NCBI GenBank assembly: GCA_965221605.1
Contig: CBDCSK010000015.1
Coordinates: 595,211-659,210 of the forward strand
Length of the DNA: 64,000 nt
Reading direction: 5' to 3'
DNA from: Candidatus Aldehydirespirator sp.
Lineage (GTDB): Bacteria; Actinomycetota; Acidimicrobiia; Acidimicrobiales; Aldehydirespiratoraceae
The notes under the pieces were generated by a model, which was not told where the DNA came from, ran no database searches, and saw only the letters and a program-made list of their open reading frames with translations. Below are positions 45,137 through 54,886 of this stretch, piece by piece (position 1 is the stretch's first letter; each line of letters opens with the position of its first letter). A program made the translations under genes and the position numbers.

Positions 45137-46390
45137 GTGGAATACCGGCCCAGGATCGTCGATGGCATGATCGCGCAACGGCTGCAGGCCGCTCCGACCG
45201 TGGTGATCGAGGGAGTCCGCGGATCGGGCAAGACGGAGGCGGCGCGACAGCAGTCCCGCAGCGAGGTGAGGTTCGACGTGGACAGTCACGCCCGGGCCCT
45301 CGCCGAGATAGACCCCGCGGCCGTGATCGAAGGCCCGGAGCCGCGGCTGCTCGACGAATGGCAGCACGCCCCGGCCGTCTGGAACCACGTTCGCCGAGCC
45401 AGTGATGAGGGCCGCCGGCCGGGACGGTTCATCTTGACTGGCTCGGCAGTCCCGAGCGACGACGCCACCCGGCACAGCGGGGCCGGCCGCATCTCCCGGA
45501 TCCGCCTGCGTCCCATGACGCTCTTCGAGACGGGAGACTCCACCGGCACGGTGGGGCTGGGCAGCCTGTTGTCCTCGGGAGGTGCCGGGGGCCGGGCCCG
45601 GGAGGCGGGCCTCGCCGATCTGACCGAGGCTCTGTGCCGCGGGGGATGGCCCGCCAACCTCGGATCGGGCCCGGCCGCCGCCCAGCAGTACGTGCGGGAC
45701 TACCTCGACGAGATCCACAGGGCCGATGTTGGCCCGCCGGGCGGCCGCGGGCGCGACCCGGCGGGAATGCGGCGGCTGTTGAGGTCGCTCGCCCGCAACA
45801 CCGCGACCGAAGCGTCCCAAGCGACGCTGGCCGCGGACGCGGGCGGCGAACGGCCGCTGCACCGCGACACCGTCCGATCGTACCTCGATGCCCTCGAACG
45901 AGTGTTCGTGGTGGAGGACCAGCCCGCGTGGTCGGTCCGGCTGCGCTCGAGGTCGCGCCTGAGGCGGGCAAGCAAGCGCCACCTCGTCGACCCGTCGCTC
46001 GCGGCGGCGGCGCTGCGAGCCGGTCCGCACCACCTCCAGCGGGACCTGGAGCTGCTCGGACTGCTGTTTGAGTCGCTCGTGGTGCGCGACCTGCGGGTGT
46101 ACGCGGGAGCATGCGATGGCGAGGTCTTCCACTACCGCGACAACACTGGGCTGGAGACCGACGCGGTGGTGGAGACTGCTGGCGGGGCCTGGCTCGCCGT
46201 GGAAGTCAAGCTGGGCGGCGAGCGGGCCATCGAAGCCGCCGCCCGCAATCTGGTCGGGCTGCGCTCCAGGGTCGATACCGCCGCGGTTGGCGAGCCGGCC
46301 AAGCTGATCGTCATCACCGCCGTCGGCGGCTACGGCTACGACCGTCCTGACGGCGTCGCCGTCGTCCCCATCACCGCCCTCGGCCCGTAG
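45137..46390 (+). CDS. AAA_14 / DUF4143-type ATPase (paralog 3)
   Basis: 417 aa, GTG start. Walker A GVRGSGKTE, LLDEWQ, C-terminal LETDAVVE...AVEVKLG. The final residues and about 30 nt of 3' flank are shared with paralog 2. Confidence 0.85.
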   Translation: MEYRPRIVDGMIAQRLQAAPTVVIEGVRGSGKTEAARQQSRSEVRFDVDSHARALAEIDPAAVIEGPEPRLLDEWQHAPAVWNHVRRASDEGRRPGRFILTGSAVPSDDATRHSGAGRISRIRLRPMTLFETGDSTGTVGLGSLLSSGGAGGRAREAGLADLTEALCRGGWPANLGSGPAAAQQYVRDYLDEIHRADVGPPGGRGRDPAGMRRLLRSLARNTATEASQATLAADAGGERPLHRDTVRSYLDALERVFVVEDQPAWSVRLRSRSRLRRASKRHLVDPSLAAAALRAGPHHLQRDLELLGLLFESLVVRDLRVYAGACDGEVFHYRDNTGLETDAVVETAGGAWLAVEVKLGGERAIEAAARNLVGLRSRVDTAAVGEPAKLIVITAVGGYGYDRPDGVAVVPITALGP

Positions 46391-46420
46391 CCCGCCTCGG
46401 CCGGGCCGGGAGAGTTCCGT

Positions 46421-46693
46421 TCACGGCGCGGGGCGCCCCGCCGCCGTGCTGGGGCTCGACGCAGTGTCGTCGAGTGGGACCGCAAGCGACGGATCGTCCA
46501 GGACCGACTCGATGCGAGCCAGCAGATCAGGATCGCCCCACACGGCCTGCTCGGCCTCGCTGAGGTCGCCCGGCAGGGTCGTCGCGGCGGCGCGGTCGGC
46601 CTCGCAAGCGGGGCGATCAGAGCCTCTGGATTCGCTCGGGTCTCCTGTGCCAGCGACAGCAGTGGGTGATTGAGGTGCGGATTCATGTATCAT
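46421..46693 (-). CDS. Hypothetical small acidic protein
   Basis: 90-aa ORF divergent from the RelE-like gene, with an AT-rich shared upstream region. No recognisable motif. Confidence 0.25.
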   Translation of the reverse strand: MIHESAPQSPTAVAGTGDPSESRGSDRPACEADRAAATTLPGDLSEAEQAVWGDPDLLARIESVLDDPSLAVPLDDTASSPSTAAGRPAP

Positions 46694-46798
46694 AATGCAC
46701 TCCCATTACTACTGGTCATCTTAGATGCATCTAGTGTATCGGAGGATACCGCCTCCCGGCGCTCCTGCGCCAGCATCCAGCAACTGAGGGGGCGAGAG

Positions 46799-47080
46799 AT
46801 GACGGATGTGCCGATGTGGGTCCAAGCCGCCGTGAACGATGAGCGGCGCAAGCTCAGAGAGAATCCGCGGCTGCGGGTGCTGGCTGAGAGGGTGGAAGCG
46901 AAGATCGCTGCGATCAGGGACGATCCGGGTCGAGAACGCGGCAACTCCGAAGTATTGCGTCTTCCGCGGCATCCTCCAATTCGGTCGTCGAGGGTCTACG
47001 GCTCCGGCGAGGGCCGCCTCGTGTTGTGGCAGCAAGTCGGCGACAGGGTGCTGATCCTCGGAATCGTGCCCATCGAGTGA
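46799..47080 (+). CDS. RelE/ParE-superfamily toxin-like protein (no adjacent antitoxin recognised)
   Basis: 93 aa after GAGGGGG. The C-terminal pattern RVYGSGEGRLVLWQQVGDRVLILGIVPIE resembles the RelE/ParE beta-sheet core. Confidence 0.55.
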   Translation: MTDVPMWVQAAVNDERRKLRENPRLRVLAERVEAKIAAIRDDPGRERGNSEVLRLPRHPPIRSSRVYGSGEGRLVLWQQVGDRVLILGIVPIE

Positions 47081-47608
47081 AGCGCGGCCAGGCCCGCCGC
47101 GCTGAAGATGCCGTCCAGCGGAGTCGCGGCAGCCGCTCCCGCAGCCGATGACCAATTCACCGAGGTTCAACCTCAGAACCCACCACTTCCGCAGGAGCCT
47201 CCCACGGCGAGACTGTGATGGCAATGGAGAGAGGACCCGTAGGCCCTCTGAGATAGTGAGTTTCCGGCTGCTCTCCACGGCAAGACGAGTCTTCAATGGG
47301 GGAAGGCGCTTAGCCCACTGGGTTCGAAGAGGAAGTGCTCGGAACCGTGTCAGCCTCCGCTCGACTAGGGAGACCCTTGGAGGATCTGGCATCCAGATTC
47401 GTATAAACGACCGCGTGGCGAGGATCCCTGCTAGTCGAGAGTGCCCGCGGTGAGGGCCAATCACAACGCCGACGCTCGGTCGAGGGTTGGTGAGATGGAG
47501 GTTGCGCGACACGAGTTCGGGGTCTATCTTCATGTCATAGTGAGCGTAGTCTTTCACTGCTACGCTACATAGAAATACTAGGAAGAGACTACCTGAAGGA
47601 GACGACCC

Positions 47609-47833
47609 ATGCGAGCCGTTGTCGAGGAACTTGATCTGGAACAGCGTTGTGAGCAGGTGATGCGCATCGAGCACCGTGCAGGTGACGGGGTTGCTTCGTG
47701 GGTAGAGGGTCGGGCTGTCGAGTTCATGCGTATTCGTTGCCGACGCGTCGAGGAGTCTGACGACGGGCCGCACCATAGACGAGCGGTATCCGACGTGGAG
47801 GGAGGGTCGCGGACGGGCCCCCCGCGTAGCTGA
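47609..47833 (+). CDS. Possible small ORF upstream of the cas operon (hypothetical)
   Basis: 74 aa. ATG preceded by GAAGGAG at -14 to -8 and an AT-rich tract. No family recognised; composition is only moderately protein-like. Confidence 0.2.
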   Translation: MRAVVEELDLEQRCEQVMRIEHRAGDGVASWVEGRAVEFMRIRCRRVEESDDGPHHRRAVSDVEGGSRTGPPRS

Positions 47834-47942
47834 TGTCTGTGCGGCAAGAGAGTCTGGGACCCAGTGCCTGTCACACCGTCGCGCGATGATCGAACCCGTG
47901 GCTCGGACAGCCAGTTCGAGCTTCCAGCGAAAGGAGCCATGA

Positions 47943-49190
47943 ATGGATGAACTCACGATTGAGCGGCTCACTGAAGCCGTGGCGGGCGGAGCGGTCGCGC
48001 TCCGGTCGATCATGCGGCTACAGCCTGCTGATGGCCCGGGAGGCAAGGTCTTCCCGCCCACCTACGCAGTGGCTGACTCGGCAGAGAACAAGTACGCCGT
48101 TGAGGACCGCCAGGTCGGCGACCGGGTGGCGACGACGGTGCTGCTCGACTCGGTGGCGTCGCAGGCCAACCGAGCCGAGCTAGCCCTCCTGGATGGCTGG
48201 GAGGAGGGCGAACTGAGCTTCCCTGTGCCCTACGTGGACTTCGCCGGGGAGCCGGGTCTGAGCGACCTGGACCGCATCACCGTGCTCCAGGCACCCCACC
48301 GCCTGGCGGACGCGATCTTCCGGGACAGCTTGCTCGACGGCACGCTGTTCCGGCTCAGCGACATCGGCCGAGCGATCACGGACGCGCGCCCCGGCAACGC
48401 CACCGAGATGTTCCGCTACGCGCCCACGGCCCTGCTGTTCGGGCAGTGGGACTCGACAGGACCGAAGGGTGGTCTCGGATCGAAGTTCCAGCGCGCCTAC
48501 GTCTCGGAGGTCGTCGGGTTGGACGCTGAGACCGGAGTCAAGGTTGGCAGTCGCATCGATCCTCTCCAAATCGAGAAGCTGCCACCTGACAGGGTGGCCT
48601 ACAACCATCAGGACGAGACTCAGGTCTGGACGTTCGACAAGGACGAGGCAGCGAGCGGGACGGGAGGCAGGCCTGAACCCGCCTCGCGCGGCAGTGCGAG
48701 TGGTACCGCTGGACAACCGTCCAAGATCAACCACGGCAACATTGCGCCATCCATCGATTCGCGTGCCGGTGGTGTCACCATCTCGGAGGCTCGTCAGACC
48801 AGCGTGCTGTCTCTGGCGGCACTCCGGCGGCTGCGATTCGCTGGCCACAGTCGTGAGGCTCAGGTGGCAGCTAGGACGGCTGTCGCGGCCTTGGGCGTTG
48901 CGGCCATCACCTATGGCTACGAGGCCGATCACGATCTGCGGTCCAGATGCCTGCTCGTCCCCGAGCACGCTCCAGTCCTTGAGATGGTCGGCAGAGACGG
49001 CGAAGTACCGGCCGCTGTCGGCGTGGATCGGGAGTCCGCTGGGCGACTGCTGTCGGAGGCGTCGGCCCAGGCGGCCCGGGCCGGCATCGGCTGGTCTGAG
49101 GCCGAGATCGTCCTGAAGCCAGCGCCCAAACTGGTCGAGTTGCTGCGCCGCAGCCGCGACGTGGCGGCGCGCGAGCCCGCTGGGGAATGA
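47943..49190 (+). CDS. cas7: Type I-G (I-U) Cas7, Csb1 family
   Basis: 415 aa. AAAGGAG SD. Csb1 hallmarks KVFPPTYA...YAPTALLFGQWDSTG...IAPSI. Confidence 0.85.
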   Translation: MDELTIERLTEAVAGGAVALRSIMRLQPADGPGGKVFPPTYAVADSAENKYAVEDRQVGDRVATTVLLDSVASQANRAELALLDGWEEGELSFPVPYVDFAGEPGLSDLDRITVLQAPHRLADAIFRDSLLDGTLFRLSDIGRAITDARPGNATEMFRYAPTALLFGQWDSTGPKGGLGSKFQRAYVSEVVGLDAETGVKVGSRIDPLQIEKLPPDRVAYNHQDETQVWTFDKDEAASGTGGRPEPASRGSASGTAGQPSKINHGNIAPSIDSRAGGVTISEARQTSVLSLAALRRLRFAGHSREAQVAARTAVAALGVAAITYGYEADHDLRSRCLLVPEHAPVLEMVGRDGEVPAAVGVDRESAGRLLSEASAQAARAGIGWSEAEIVLKPAPKLVELLRRSRDVAAREPAGE

Positions 49191-49193
49191 CCG

Positions 49194-50954
49194 ATGACCG
49201 TCATAGAGGTGAGTTTCCTCACCGGTCGCTATAGCGCTACGGCGCACCACGATCGCCAAGAGCCCGAGTGGCCCCCACACGGTGCCCGGCTGTTTTCCGC
49301 GATCGTTGCTGTTTGGGCGGATTCCGACCCTCCCGAGGCGGTCGAGCGCGCCGCGCTTGAGTGGCTGGAAGCGCAGCCTCCTCCGCGCATCACAGCACCG
49401 GAGGCAGTCCGCCGCCGTGTGGTCAGCCACTTCGTGCCTGTCAACGACGCCGCCGTCGTTCCTGCGGCTCAGTACAAGCGTCGGGCGGACGAGGTGGAAG
49501 GTCTCATCGCTCAATGGGAGAACGAACTGGATGCGTCAGGAGGCGAGATCACGAAGAAGATCGAGAGGCTACAGACCAAGATCGACGCGAAGCGCAATGT
49601 CGATTCACTGGTGAGCGGCCCGAGAAACACGAATCCCGACTCCGCTGAGGCTCTGCTGCCCGACGGACGCGTCAAGAAGGAACGGTACTTCCCCTCGGTG
49701 ACGCTGGTAGAGACGGCGACCGGTGGCGCTTCGACGAAGTCCGCTCGCCTCGTGAGCGGCGAAGGCGCTCCCGCGACAGCCACGAAGCGACTTCCAGCGG
49801 TGGTCTATGCGTGGGACGACAGCCCTCCGGTTGGCGTTGCTCAGGCGCTCGACGGTCTCCTGGCTCGTGTCACTAGACTGGGCCACTCGTCGTCCCTGGT
49901 GTCCTGCCGCTTGCGTGATAGTGCGCCCGTCGCCACACACATGCCGGGCAACGGCGCGGAGATGCTGCGATGGGTCCGGCCCGGGCAACTCGTGGCGCTT
50001 CAAGATGAGCATCGGCAGCATCAAGCCATCAGGCCCAGGAGCCTTCCGTTTCGCGGGGTGCGATACAGCGCGACGGTGCTCGACAGCAGCGATTCGGCCG
50101 AGACGGCGACCCCGGCGACGGCAGGTGACTGGATCGTGCTCGAACTGCGGCCGCCCAGGAGCCGGCCCATGACCCGCACCGTTGAACTCACGCGGGTGTT
50201 GCGCAAGTCCGTGCTCAGCCATGTGCCGGACCCTCCGCCGGAGGGAGTCAGCGGACATAGGCACGACGGCAGGCCTACGACTTCACCCCACATTGCCTTC
50301 CTCGCGTTGCCCAACGTCGGTCACCAGCATGGCGACGGCCGGATCATGGGCATGGCCATCTCCCTTCCACACGACTTGGGCGGCGCGGCGCGGAACGCCA
50401 CTCTGCGCGGCATCGGCGCTTGGGAGAGCAAGCGCGCCGACCGGTCAATGCACCTGCAACTGGGACGCAACGGAACTGTCGAGATGCAAAGAGGCCACCC
50501 GCCCATTGCGCTTGTGAGCCTTCGCCCGGAGGTGTGGGCCCGCCCGTCCCGATGGTGGGCGTCGGCCACCCCTGTTGCACTGCCCGCGCATCCCGGCAAT
50601 CTCCGCAGAGCCGATCCCGTGGCCCGAGCGAAGGCTTGGGCGCGGGCCGAGGAGGCCGTCGCGAGGTCGTGTGAGCATGTCGGCCTGCCACGGCCAATAG
50701 ATGTGCGGGTGTCATTCGTGTCGCTCTTGACCGGGGCGCATCCGGCAGGCGACTTCCCCATCTTCAAGCAGGGCCGCCCAGAACACGGGGAAGTGGTTCG
50801 GCGACTCGTCCATGTAGCGGTCGAGTTCGCCGAGGAGGTACGCGGCCCGCTGATGCTGGGGAGCGGCCGATTCTTGGGCTTGGGACTCATGGGGCCCATG
50901 GACGATGACCCCGATCAGCACTCCGAGGACGCCGATGGAGCGAGCGATGAGTGA
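49194..50954 (+). CDS. cas5: Type I-G (I-U) Cas5-Cas6 fusion, Csb2 family
   Basis: 586 aa. N-terminal FLTGRYSATAHHDRQEPEWPPHGARLFSAIVA is typical of Csb2. C-terminal glycine-rich GSGRFLGLGL loop. Confidence 0.85.
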   Translation: MTVIEVSFLTGRYSATAHHDRQEPEWPPHGARLFSAIVAVWADSDPPEAVERAALEWLEAQPPPRITAPEAVRRRVVSHFVPVNDAAVVPAAQYKRRADEVEGLIAQWENELDASGGEITKKIERLQTKIDAKRNVDSLVSGPRNTNPDSAEALLPDGRVKKERYFPSVTLVETATGGASTKSARLVSGEGAPATATKRLPAVVYAWDDSPPVGVAQALDGLLARVTRLGHSSSLVSCRLRDSAPVATHMPGNGAEMLRWVRPGQLVALQDEHRQHQAIRPRSLPFRGVRYSATVLDSSDSAETATPATAGDWIVLELRPPRSRPMTRTVELTRVLRKSVLSHVPDPPPEGVSGHRHDGRPTTSPHIAFLALPNVGHQHGDGRIMGMAISLPHDLGGAARNATLRGIGAWESKRADRSMHLQLGRNGTVEMQRGHPPIALVSLRPEVWARPSRWWASATPVALPAHPGNLRRADPVARAKAWARAEEAVARSCEHVGLPRPIDVRVSFVSLLTGAHPAGDFPIFKQGRPEHGEVVRRLVHVAVEFAEEVRGPLMLGSGRFLGLGLMGPMDDDPDQHSEDADGASDE

Positions 50955-53900
50955 TCTCACAGCCGGTGATTTCGACAGGTATTTCCGGGACGTTCACGGC
51001 CAACCGCCCTATCCGTGGCAGAGTCGCCTTACCCGGAAGGTGCTCGATGAGGGCCGATGGCCCGACGTGATCGACCTGCCTACGGGCGTCGGCAAGACCG
51101 CTGTGCTCGACACGGCGATCTTCGCACTTGCGGCCCGTCCTGACATCTCGCCCCGCCGGATCGTATTCGTCGTCGACCGGCGCATCGTGGTGGATCAGGT
51201 CTATGAGCGCGCCCGGTGCATCAGGGACAAGATCGCTGCGGCGACCGGCGGTGTCCTGGCAGACGTCCAGATGCTCCTGCGCGAGTTGACGGACGCCGAG
51301 CCCCTAGGGGTCGCGGCTCTGCGAGGTGGCGTCCCGATCGATGGCGAATGGGCACTACGGCCCGAGCAGCCGTGGGTGATCGTGTCCACCGTCGATCAGT
51401 TCGGTTCGCGCCTGCTCTTCAGGGGCTACGGCGTCAGCCACAGGATGCGCCCCGTTCACGCGGGCCTCGCAGGCAACGACTGTCTCGTGATCTTGGACGA
51501 GGTGCATCTGAGCCGGGCCTTCGCCGCGACACTGCGGGACGCGTCATCTGACGGTGCGGTGCCCTTGATGCGCTCGGTTGGTGGTGGCTTGCCGCGCCGC
51601 TTCCAAGTCGTGGAGATGTCCGCCACGCCCGCAAGTGAGTCCGGCTGGCGGTTCGAGTTGGAGGATTCGGACCTCGACCAGGCGCAGACGCTCAAGCAGA
51701 TCGCAACGGCCCTGAAGCGGGCGAAGCTGGTTGAGATAGGCGGCACCCGTCCACCGCACGAGTCGGTGCCCAAGAAGGTCTTGGAGATCGTCAAGCAGGA
51801 ATTGCCAGAGGATGAGTCCTTGAACAGTAGTCTTGAACCCGCGCAATTGGGAGACGGCGAGCGAAGCGTGGGCGTCATCGTCAATCGCGTCCAGACCGCC
51901 CGGCTGACCTGCGACACGCTGAGAGAGGCGGGCATCGAGACCTACCTGGTGACGGGCCGAATGCGCCCGCTCGACAGGGAACAAGTCCTGCAAGACATCA
52001 GCGAGAGTGTCGATCCGGATCGGAGCGAGCCGCTGGATCAGCGCACTGTGGTTGTCGCCACCCAAGCGATCGAGGTCGGTGCCGACTTCAGCTTCGACGC
52101 ACTCATCAGCGAGGCCGCCCCCATCGACAGCCTGTGCCAACGATTGGGGCGCCTCGACCGACGAGGCACTCTCGCCGCACGGCGCGGCGGTCCAGCCCGA
52201 TGCTGGATTCTCGGCGTGGCCTCGGCCTTGAACCCCAAGCGTCCCGATCCGGTCTACGGAGATGCCGCGCGGCGCGCATGGGAGGAACTGCAGACTCGCG
52301 CCGCAGATGGCGAGATCGATGTCGGCCCCGGTGCTGGCCTGCTTGCCACTCTTGGTCCTGACGCGCATGCACCGAAGCCGAAAGAGCCCTTGCTGCTTCC
52401 GACCCACATCGAAGCCTGGTCTCAAACCAGCCCTGAGCCCGTCGTGGACCCGCCGATCGCGGAGTTCCTGCACGGCAAGGAGCGACAGCAGGAGCCTGAC
52501 GTTTCTGTCGTGTGGCGCTGGGATCGTACGCCCAGGGCGCTTGAGTTGGTTCCGCCCCGGCCGGCCGAGTTCCTGTCGGTTCCGATCTCCGCGGTCACGA
52601 GGTGGCTCCGCGGCTCCTCGGAGGTGCCAGTGTCAGACACCGCGGTGATGCCTCCGCACGAGGAGGGTCGGAGCGCGGGCCGCGCTCATGGCGACAGCCA
52701 GTCAGCGGTCCTGGCGCGGCAACGAGTGGTGCGCTGGGCGAGACACCAAGGCGCGACGACGGAACGAGTGGAGCATGTCGATGACATCAACCCCGGAGAT
52801 GTGATCGTCGTCGATCCGATGCTGGGCGGCCTGCACAACGGCACCTGGGATCCGACATGCCGCCCCGCCTCTCGGACAGCCGAGTCCAGGGGCGACGATC
52901 CGCCACCGGTTGAGGACTTGGGTGACGAGGCGCAAGTCGTTCACGGAAGGCGAGACGGCGATCTGCGTGGTGTACGGGCAACGCTGCGGCTGGATCAGCG
53001 TCTACGCGAGCGGATTGTGTCTGAGGGTGGGCGACTGCCTCCGGGTCCAGCTGATGAACAGGATGCTGAGTTGCCCCTACGCGGGGTCGTCAAGGACTGG
53101 CTCTCGGAGATGCAGAGCCTGCCGTCTCTTCCCGACTGGATGAAGCGGGTCGTCGGGCACTTCGTTGCCGAAGAACGGTTCGACATTGAGACGGTCGAGT
53201 CCGAATCGGAGTCTCACTACTACGTACTGGTAGGCCGCTCAGTCGATCCGTCCGCTCTCGACGAGTCTGACGACGAGCCGTCCCTTACCGGCACCGAGAC
53301 GCCCCTTCGCTGCCATCTCGCCGGTGTCGGAGCTCGGGCTGCGGACTACGGGTCGCGTCTCGGCCTGTCCACCGAGGTTGTGGCGGACTTGCGTCTCGCC
53401 GGGGAGTTGCACGACCTGGGCAAGGTCGACCCGCGCTTCCAGGCCCAGCTCCACGGCCACGATCCGGTGCGGATGGCTGAGTCGGAAGCCACGGGGGAGC
53501 CGCTGGCCAAGTCGCTCCGGCGTGTTCGCCCGCATCCTCACAAGTGGCCACCGGTCCGTCATGAGTTCAGCAGCGTGGCACTGGCGCAGAGTGACGAGGC
53601 TTTGCTCAAACGTGCTCATGATCGTGATTTGGTTCTTCATCTCGTGGGAACCCATCACGGCTTCGGAAGGCCACTGCCGACGATCAGATCGGACGACAGG
53701 CCTCAGCAGCTGACGGCGGTCGGTTGGCTCGACGACGAGAGGTTCCGCCTCCGCGCTGCCGGCGGGTCTCATCAAGTCGAGGAGAGTGGCGGCCCTGTGT
53801 CCATGACCTTGTCTTCAGACCTCGCCGAGACAGCGCTCGCCCTGGAGATGGCGGACCGGTTCTGGCGATTGCAGGAGCGCTACGGGCATCACGGCCTCGC

Positions 53901-53967
53901 CTGGCTTGAAGCCATCATTCGTCTAGCCGACCACCAGCAGAGCGCGGAGGAGGCACGACGTGGCTGA
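50947..53967 (+). CDS. cas3: Cas3 helicase with C-terminal HD nuclease domain (type I-G architecture)
   Basis: Walker A LPTGVGKTAV, motif II ILDEVH, C-terminal HD (HLAGV...ELHDLGKVDPRFQ...HH). Start chosen at ATG 50947 (8-nt overlap with csb2); alternatives at 50905 and 50935. Confidence 0.9.
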   Translation: MSDLTAGDFDRYFRDVHGQPPYPWQSRLTRKVLDEGRWPDVIDLPTGVGKTAVLDTAIFALAARPDISPRRIVFVVDRRIVVDQVYERARCIRDKIAAATGGVLADVQMLLRELTDAEPLGVAALRGGVPIDGEWALRPEQPWVIVSTVDQFGSRLLFRGYGVSHRMRPVHAGLAGNDCLVILDEVHLSRAFAATLRDASSDGAVPLMRSVGGGLPRRFQVVEMSATPASESGWRFELEDSDLDQAQTLKQIATALKRAKLVEIGGTRPPHESVPKKVLEIVKQELPEDESLNSSLEPAQLGDGERSVGVIVNRVQTARLTCDTLREAGIETYLVTGRMRPLDREQVLQDISESVDPDRSEPLDQRTVVVATQAIEVGADFSFDALISEAAPIDSLCQRLGRLDRRGTLAARRGGPARCWILGVASALNPKRPDPVYGDAARRAWEELQTRAADGEIDVGPGAGLLATLGPDAHAPKPKEPLLLPTHIEAWSQTSPEPVVDPPIAEFLHGKERQQEPDVSVVWRWDRTPRALELVPPRPAEFLSVPISAVTRWLRGSSEVPVSDTAVMPPHEEGRSAGRAHGDSQSAVLARQRVVRWARHQGATTERVEHVDDINPGDVIVVDPMLGGLHNGTWDPTCRPASRTAESRGDDPPPVEDLGDEAQVVHGRRDGDLRGVRATLRLDQRLRERIVSEGGRLPPGPADEQDAELPLRGVVKDWLSEMQSLPSLPDWMKRVVGHFVAEERFDIETVESESESHYYVLVGRSVDPSALDESDDEPSLTGTETPLRCHLAGVGARAADYGSRLGLSTEVVADLRLAGELHDLGKVDPRFQAQLHGHDPVRMAESEATGEPLAKSLRRVRPHPHKWPPVRHEFSSVALAQSDEALLKRAHDRDLVLHLVGTHHGFGRPLPTIRSDDRPQQLTAVGWLDDERFRLRAAGGSHQVEESGGPVSMTLSSDLAETALALEMADRFWRLQERYGHHGLAWLEAIIRLADHQQSAEEARRG

Positions 53968-54886
53968 TTCCGACTGCACGGTGTTGCGGGGCCTACCGGG
54001 GGACAATCCGCTGGGTTTCTTGGCTGCCTTGGGAGTTCAGGTGGCCCTGGCAGCGCAAGGTGACGAACACACCTTGCACTGGACCGACGAGCCGATTCCC
54101 CATCCGGTTGTATCGCCTTCCATCGGGCTAGATTGGATCGCCCGAGCTGCTGTCGGCGTTGCTCAGGAATGGCTCAGTGGCCCGGTGCTGTCAACGAGCA
54201 TAAGTCAAACGCTCAAGATGGATGCGGAGGAAGTTCTGGACTATCTGAAGCGATGTAGAGGTCATGGAAGGAACGGCGTTCTTGCCCTCTGCCTAGTGGC
54301 GGAGGGTAGTCGATATTCGAGCGGGAATGCACTTGGAAAGTCAAAGCCCACTGAGTTCTACTTCACCGCAGCCCGCCAGCAGTTTCTTGCCATGGCGAGA
54401 GAAAGGCTCCAGAGTACGTCTGAGGAACAAATTGTCATGGACATCGTGGCCCCGTGGAAGTATCAGTGCGATGACAACAATTCACTGATGTGGGATCTTA
54501 TCTCTGATAGGCATCATGCGCACAGCTCAGCAGATCCCACCGACAAGACGTTAAACCCCAAAGTGACGAATGCGGGCGCAGAGGCTGTCGCGATTCTCGG
54601 CTTGAGGCTCTTTCCTTGCTTTGGGTCAGACGGATCAATATTGACGACAGCGATTCATGGGAGAGGCAGGAACAAGCGTTTTCTCTGGCCTCTGTGGACC
54701 GTTCCCGCTAGTCCCCGCGCCGTGTCTTCGTTGGTGACACACGTTGCACCTTCGAGTGACGATAGAAGCCGATTGGATTGGTATCACGGATGGGGCATCT
54801 CGCTCGTAATGGAGTCTCAGATTCGAAGCCGCGGACAGGGATTTGGGACCTTCGGGCCGCCTAAGGTTGTCTGGCAGCGTGACTGA
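53960..54886 (+). CDS. Small Cas8u-type large-subunit candidate (Csb3/Csx17-N-terminal-like)
   Basis: 308 aa, GTG start overlapping the cas3 stop. N-terminal LRGLPGDNPLGFLAALGVQVAL resembles Cas8u/Csx17 N-termini. It occupies the large-subunit slot. Its GC is markedly lower than the flanking cas genes. Confidence 0.6.
   Translation: MADSDCTVLRGLPGDNPLGFLAALGVQVALAAQGDEHTLHWTDEPIPHPVVSPSIGLDWIARAAVGVAQEWLSGPVLSTSISQTLKMDAEEVLDYLKRCRGHGRNGVLALCLVAEGSRYSSGNALGKSKPTEFYFTAARQQFLAMARERLQSTSEEQIVMDIVAPWKYQCDDNNSLMWDLISDRHHAHSSADPTDKTLNPKVTNAGAEAVAILGLRLFPCFGSDGSILTTAIHGRGRNKRFLWPLWTVPASPRAVSSLVTHVAPSSDDRSRLDWYHGWGISLVMESQIRSRGQGFGTFGPPKVVWQRD

Noticed and set aside
46721-48061. 446-aa minus-strand ORF spanning the gap upstream of cas7. 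Part of it (from ATG 47776, MVRPVVRLLDASATNTHELDSPTLYPRS...) looks moderately protein-like.
   Set aside because: It runs antisense through the RelE-like gene and into cas7. Most of it is Arg/Leu/Pro-rich junk, and it has no SD and no recognisable motif. At best it could be a decayed gene fragment.
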